NCBI GenBank assembly: GCA_029717555.1
Contig: JAMDHS010000087.1
Location: forward strand, 62,001 to 84,015
Length of the DNA: 22,015 nucleotides
Direction: 5' to 3'
Source of the DNA: Peribolospora baueri
Lineage: Eukaryota
Notes under the pieces: generated by a model
What the model was told of the DNA's origin: nothing
Databases searched by the model: none
Seen by the model: the letters and a program-made list of their open reading frames with translations, nothing else
Shown here: positions 19,301-22,015 of the stretch, one piece after another
How positions within the stretch are numbered: the stretch's first letter is position 1
Layout of the letters: every line of letters starts with the position of its first letter
Made by a program: the position numbers and the translations under genes

Positions 19301-21419
19301 GGGAGGGCAACCGACGAGGATCGATGGAGTTGGTCAGCAGGGCGGGGAAGGGATACCAGCGGACACAACTATGCGGGGCGGAGGAGCTGGGTCCGATGCC
19401 AACGACATCGGTGAGCCTCTATCTTCCTATCCGTCTTTCTTTCTTCCTCGCCCGTTGCTTTCTTCGTCGATCATTTAAAGGCTTTTCCTCGGTTCATTGG
19501 CGATGCAAGCAAGCGCGCGCGCTGATCCTGCAGCTCCCTCCCTCAGGTCCCTCGCCTTCGAGCACATAGCGGAGAGTCAGGCCAACGTGGGCGCTATCTC
19601 CGTCCTCGTTCGTCCTGTTCGTCCAGGAAGCGGAAACGGCATGGACGACACTGCGACGGCACCGGTAGAGGGAGAGTTGGAGGGCGAGGTGCTTCCGACC
19701 AACCCGGCAGCACTGCAGATCAAGCATCTCGACACAGGCGTCGTCGCCTCGCTCCTTCTCCCCTCTCCCGTCGCGCCGTGTCAACGCGATCGTGTGTCGT
19801 TTTCGACAGACCACTGGGCTTTTCGACTTCGTACTGTTTCCGATCGTTCTATCGACCCCACCGGGCCTTCTTCGACATCGTCTTTCACTAGTTCGCCGGG
19901 ATACCATCAGGATGCCGCTGGCGCTCCACTCGCCTCTTTCCCTTATTCCCACACTTATCTTTCCCGAATCCGCCCTGGTGGCCTCTTTTGCATCTCTTGC
20001 GGCCTTCAACTTGCTAACGCGTCCGGCGTGCGGACGTACAGGGCGTTGCCGAGCGAGCACTGGGAGGAGTTGGTGGAAGCATGGATGTGCCATTCCGATC
20101 AAGCTGTAGCGGAGGGGTTGGCAAGGGGGAGGAGGGGCATCGAGGAAGGGTTTGGTGGCGGAGGGAGGGAGGGAGAGGCGTGGGTTGGGGAGAAGTTTCT
20201 GGTGTGGCCCCGGAGCGCAGACAGGGATCTTGAGAGGCGGTCGATGAGGATCGAAGATGGTTCGTCATCGTCCTCGGTGAGTGTTACTCTGTCTTTTACT
20301 TCTTTAGTCCTTTTTTTTCCTCCCTTTCACCTCATTCGGGTCAAAAGAAGGCCGGTGCCGTTCCCCCACCGGCGGTCCTCCGTCGCCCTTCTCGTTCCGC
20401 GCTCGTTTTCGACCGCCAACCGCTCCGCTCCGAGTTGAGCTGGTTGGCGTCGAAAGTCTCCGAGTGATCGGAAGGGGAAAGGTAGCGACGGGGGGCACAC
20501 GTTCGTGTCCGGCCGATACAACGACCCCAGAGCGAGGTTCGCTTTGCGCGTTCTCCTGTAAACAGCTCTCGCGGACGAGGAGATTTCCGTACCAGAGTTA
20601 TTAGCTGGAGATACACTCTCTTCGTCGTCATCCCGGCGTTCGTTGTCTCCAGGCGTTCATCGGATGGCTATGCTGACCTCGCTTCTTCTTGCCGTCCTGG
20701 TTTCGTATCGACGTTGCCAGACTCCGCCGGTGGTGAGGTGCCGCGGGTGTGATGCGAAAGTGGGTACGCTGGCGTGCAGCGTGAGCGCAAGTACGCCGTG
20801 TCCACCGATTCGCTTCGACAAGATGGCCATCCGTCCGTCATCGGCGGAAGGAGAGCCGGCCATGCCCAGTTTCCCTCTACCGCTCTTCGTTTCCGCGGAG
20901 CTGCTCGAGCTTTCGCGGGCGCACGCGGTGCACCATTTCGTTGTGGAGGACGAGGAAGGAGGCGAACCGAGGATATTGGTGAGCGCGACGGGCCATCCGT
21001 TGTCGGTTCGATCCCGGCCGGTCACTTGACCTTTCTCGACTCCTCTTTTTGGCCCAAACCAGATCTGGCTCTTTAACCCGTCTCTGAAGGTCTCCGTCTC
21101 CTTGCGCTCTGGCGCCGCTCACCTCTCTGCCATCCTCACCGAGCCGGCGCGTGCGGCGCTGTCTGGAGAGGGAGCAGCGACGGTGAACGCGGCAAAGGTG
21201 TTGTTCAAGGTGCTGCCGCCGGCGCGCGACGTTGACCCTCTTCTTCAAACGCTCGAGAGCGGCAACCGGCAGACGGAACGGCTGCGCTATCCGCTGTCGC
21301 GCATCGCCTCGCTGGCCGACGTGCTCGAGGCGAGCAACCGGACGTACCCGAGCAGTCGGCGGTCGTTCGGACCGTGGCGCGTGGGGTGGTTGGAGGTGTG
21401 GCTTGAGGGCGAGGCATGA
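16367..21419 (+). CDS. Ipa1/UBE3D-like protein with a C-terminal HECT_2 (HECT-like E2-binding) domain and a long N-terminal extension, about 1,358 aa, 7 exons
   Basis: Exons 16367-16660, 16770-16832, 16943-18904, 19011-19410, 19534-20276, 20721-20978, 21063-21419 (4,077 nt, in frame). HECT_2 hallmarks: CISC...YRALPSEHWEELVEAWMCH, second CxxC (VRCRGC), AHAVHHFVV, RILIWLFNP, AAKVLFK, LEASNRTYPSSRRSFGPWRVGWL. Joining of the N-terminal exons to the domain is inferred from splice phases only. Confidence 0.85.
20338..20618 (+). ncRNA. Intronic box H/ACA guide RNA; 5' pocket predicted to guide U2 snRNA pseudouridine 42 (snR81-like function)
   Basis: Hairpin 1: lower stem GGGTC 20338-42 / GACCC 20523-27; pocket AAAAGAA 20343-49 and GATACAAC 20515-22; upper stem GGCCGG 20350-55 / CCGGCC 20509-14; H-like box AGAGCG at 20529, 14 nt from the pocket. 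Hairpin 2: TCTCC 20552-56 / GGAGA 20607-11; AGCTCT 20564-69 / AGAGTT 20594-99; ACA at 20613-15 plus 3 nt. It sits in the only long intron (444 nt) in the window. Confidence 0.8.
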
Positions 21420-21982
21420 GGTTTGGGGTGGGCGTGTCGTCGTGCTCTGCCGCGTGTGCTCCCCCCTGTTCTTCATCCTCGCCGCCTCATCGCTTGCTTG
21501 AAGGTCTTTTTTGAAAAGGAAAAAAAAAAAAATCAAAAGATGGATCTCGCCGCTCTTTTTCGTTCTTCCTTTTTTTCTCGTTCCCCATCTCCACCGATCC
21601 CACCGTCCTTCCTCCCCCCTTCCCGTCTATCAGTCCAAGTCCGAGTTCGTCCATCCATCCCCCTCTCTCGATTCTCGATTCTCAGTTTTGCCAATCCATC
21701 GATCGATCGACGTCACCCGACCTTTCTTTTGTTTCCCTCGTCATCATCTCTCTCCTCGTCTTTCTTGGTCCTCTTGTTCCTTTCTCGCTCGCGTCGCGTT
21801 CCTGTTTGCGCGTGTGTGCGTACGATGACGGTTCGTACAGGCTTGCCTTGCTTGACGGACGGACGGACGAAAGAAAGCGGCGAGTCGGATCGCATCGCAT
21901 CGCACCAATTCGCGCTCGAGGCCTCGCAGAAGCCGTAGAGTAATGTACATGGGCAGAACGCGGAAGCAGGGCGGGAAGGGAC

Positions 21983-22010
<28 letters not shown>
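21983..22010 (+). repeat. Poly(A) tract (28 A) at the window end
   Basis: A28 followed by GGGGG; a shorter A run lies at about 21520-21532. Confidence 0.9.
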
Positions 22011-22013
<3 letters not shown>

Positions 22014-22015
22014 GG

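Noticed and set aside
21423..21984. ORFs downstream of the HECT_2 gene
   Set aside because: Low-complexity CT-rich 3'UTR/intergenic sequence with short microsatellites ((GACG)n, (CGCAT)n); no coding signature.
21983..22015. A28 tract as a retroelement tail or mRNA poly(A)
   Set aside because: No retroelement ORF or target-site duplication visible, introns show the DNA is genomic, and the flank is cut off by the window end.

Overview
GC-rich, intron-rich eukaryotic DNA, most likely a basidiomycete fungus (short GT-AG introns with CTRAC-type branch points). Spliced models rebuilt by hand give five protein genes: (1) a 5'-truncated, intronless >2,260-codon Ser/Pro/Ala-rich protein (+, <3-6785); (2) a 3-exon, 84-aa basic microprotein missed by the ORF track (+, 7396-7804); (3) cohesin SMC1 (-, 21 exons, about 1,240 aa); (4) mitochondrial ATP10 (-, 5 exons, one GC-AG intron); (5) a divergently transcribed Ipa1/UBE3D-like HECT_2 protein with a long N-terminal extension (+, 7 exons, about 1,358 aa). 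The most notable element is a box H/ACA guide RNA in the 444-nt intron 5 of the Ipa1/UBE3D-like gene. Its first pocket (AAAAGAA / GATACAAC) matches U2 snRNA around U42 (yeast numbering), next to the branch-site recognition region. Its second pocket has no target I could assign. No database searches were run; all family calls rest on recognised motifs.
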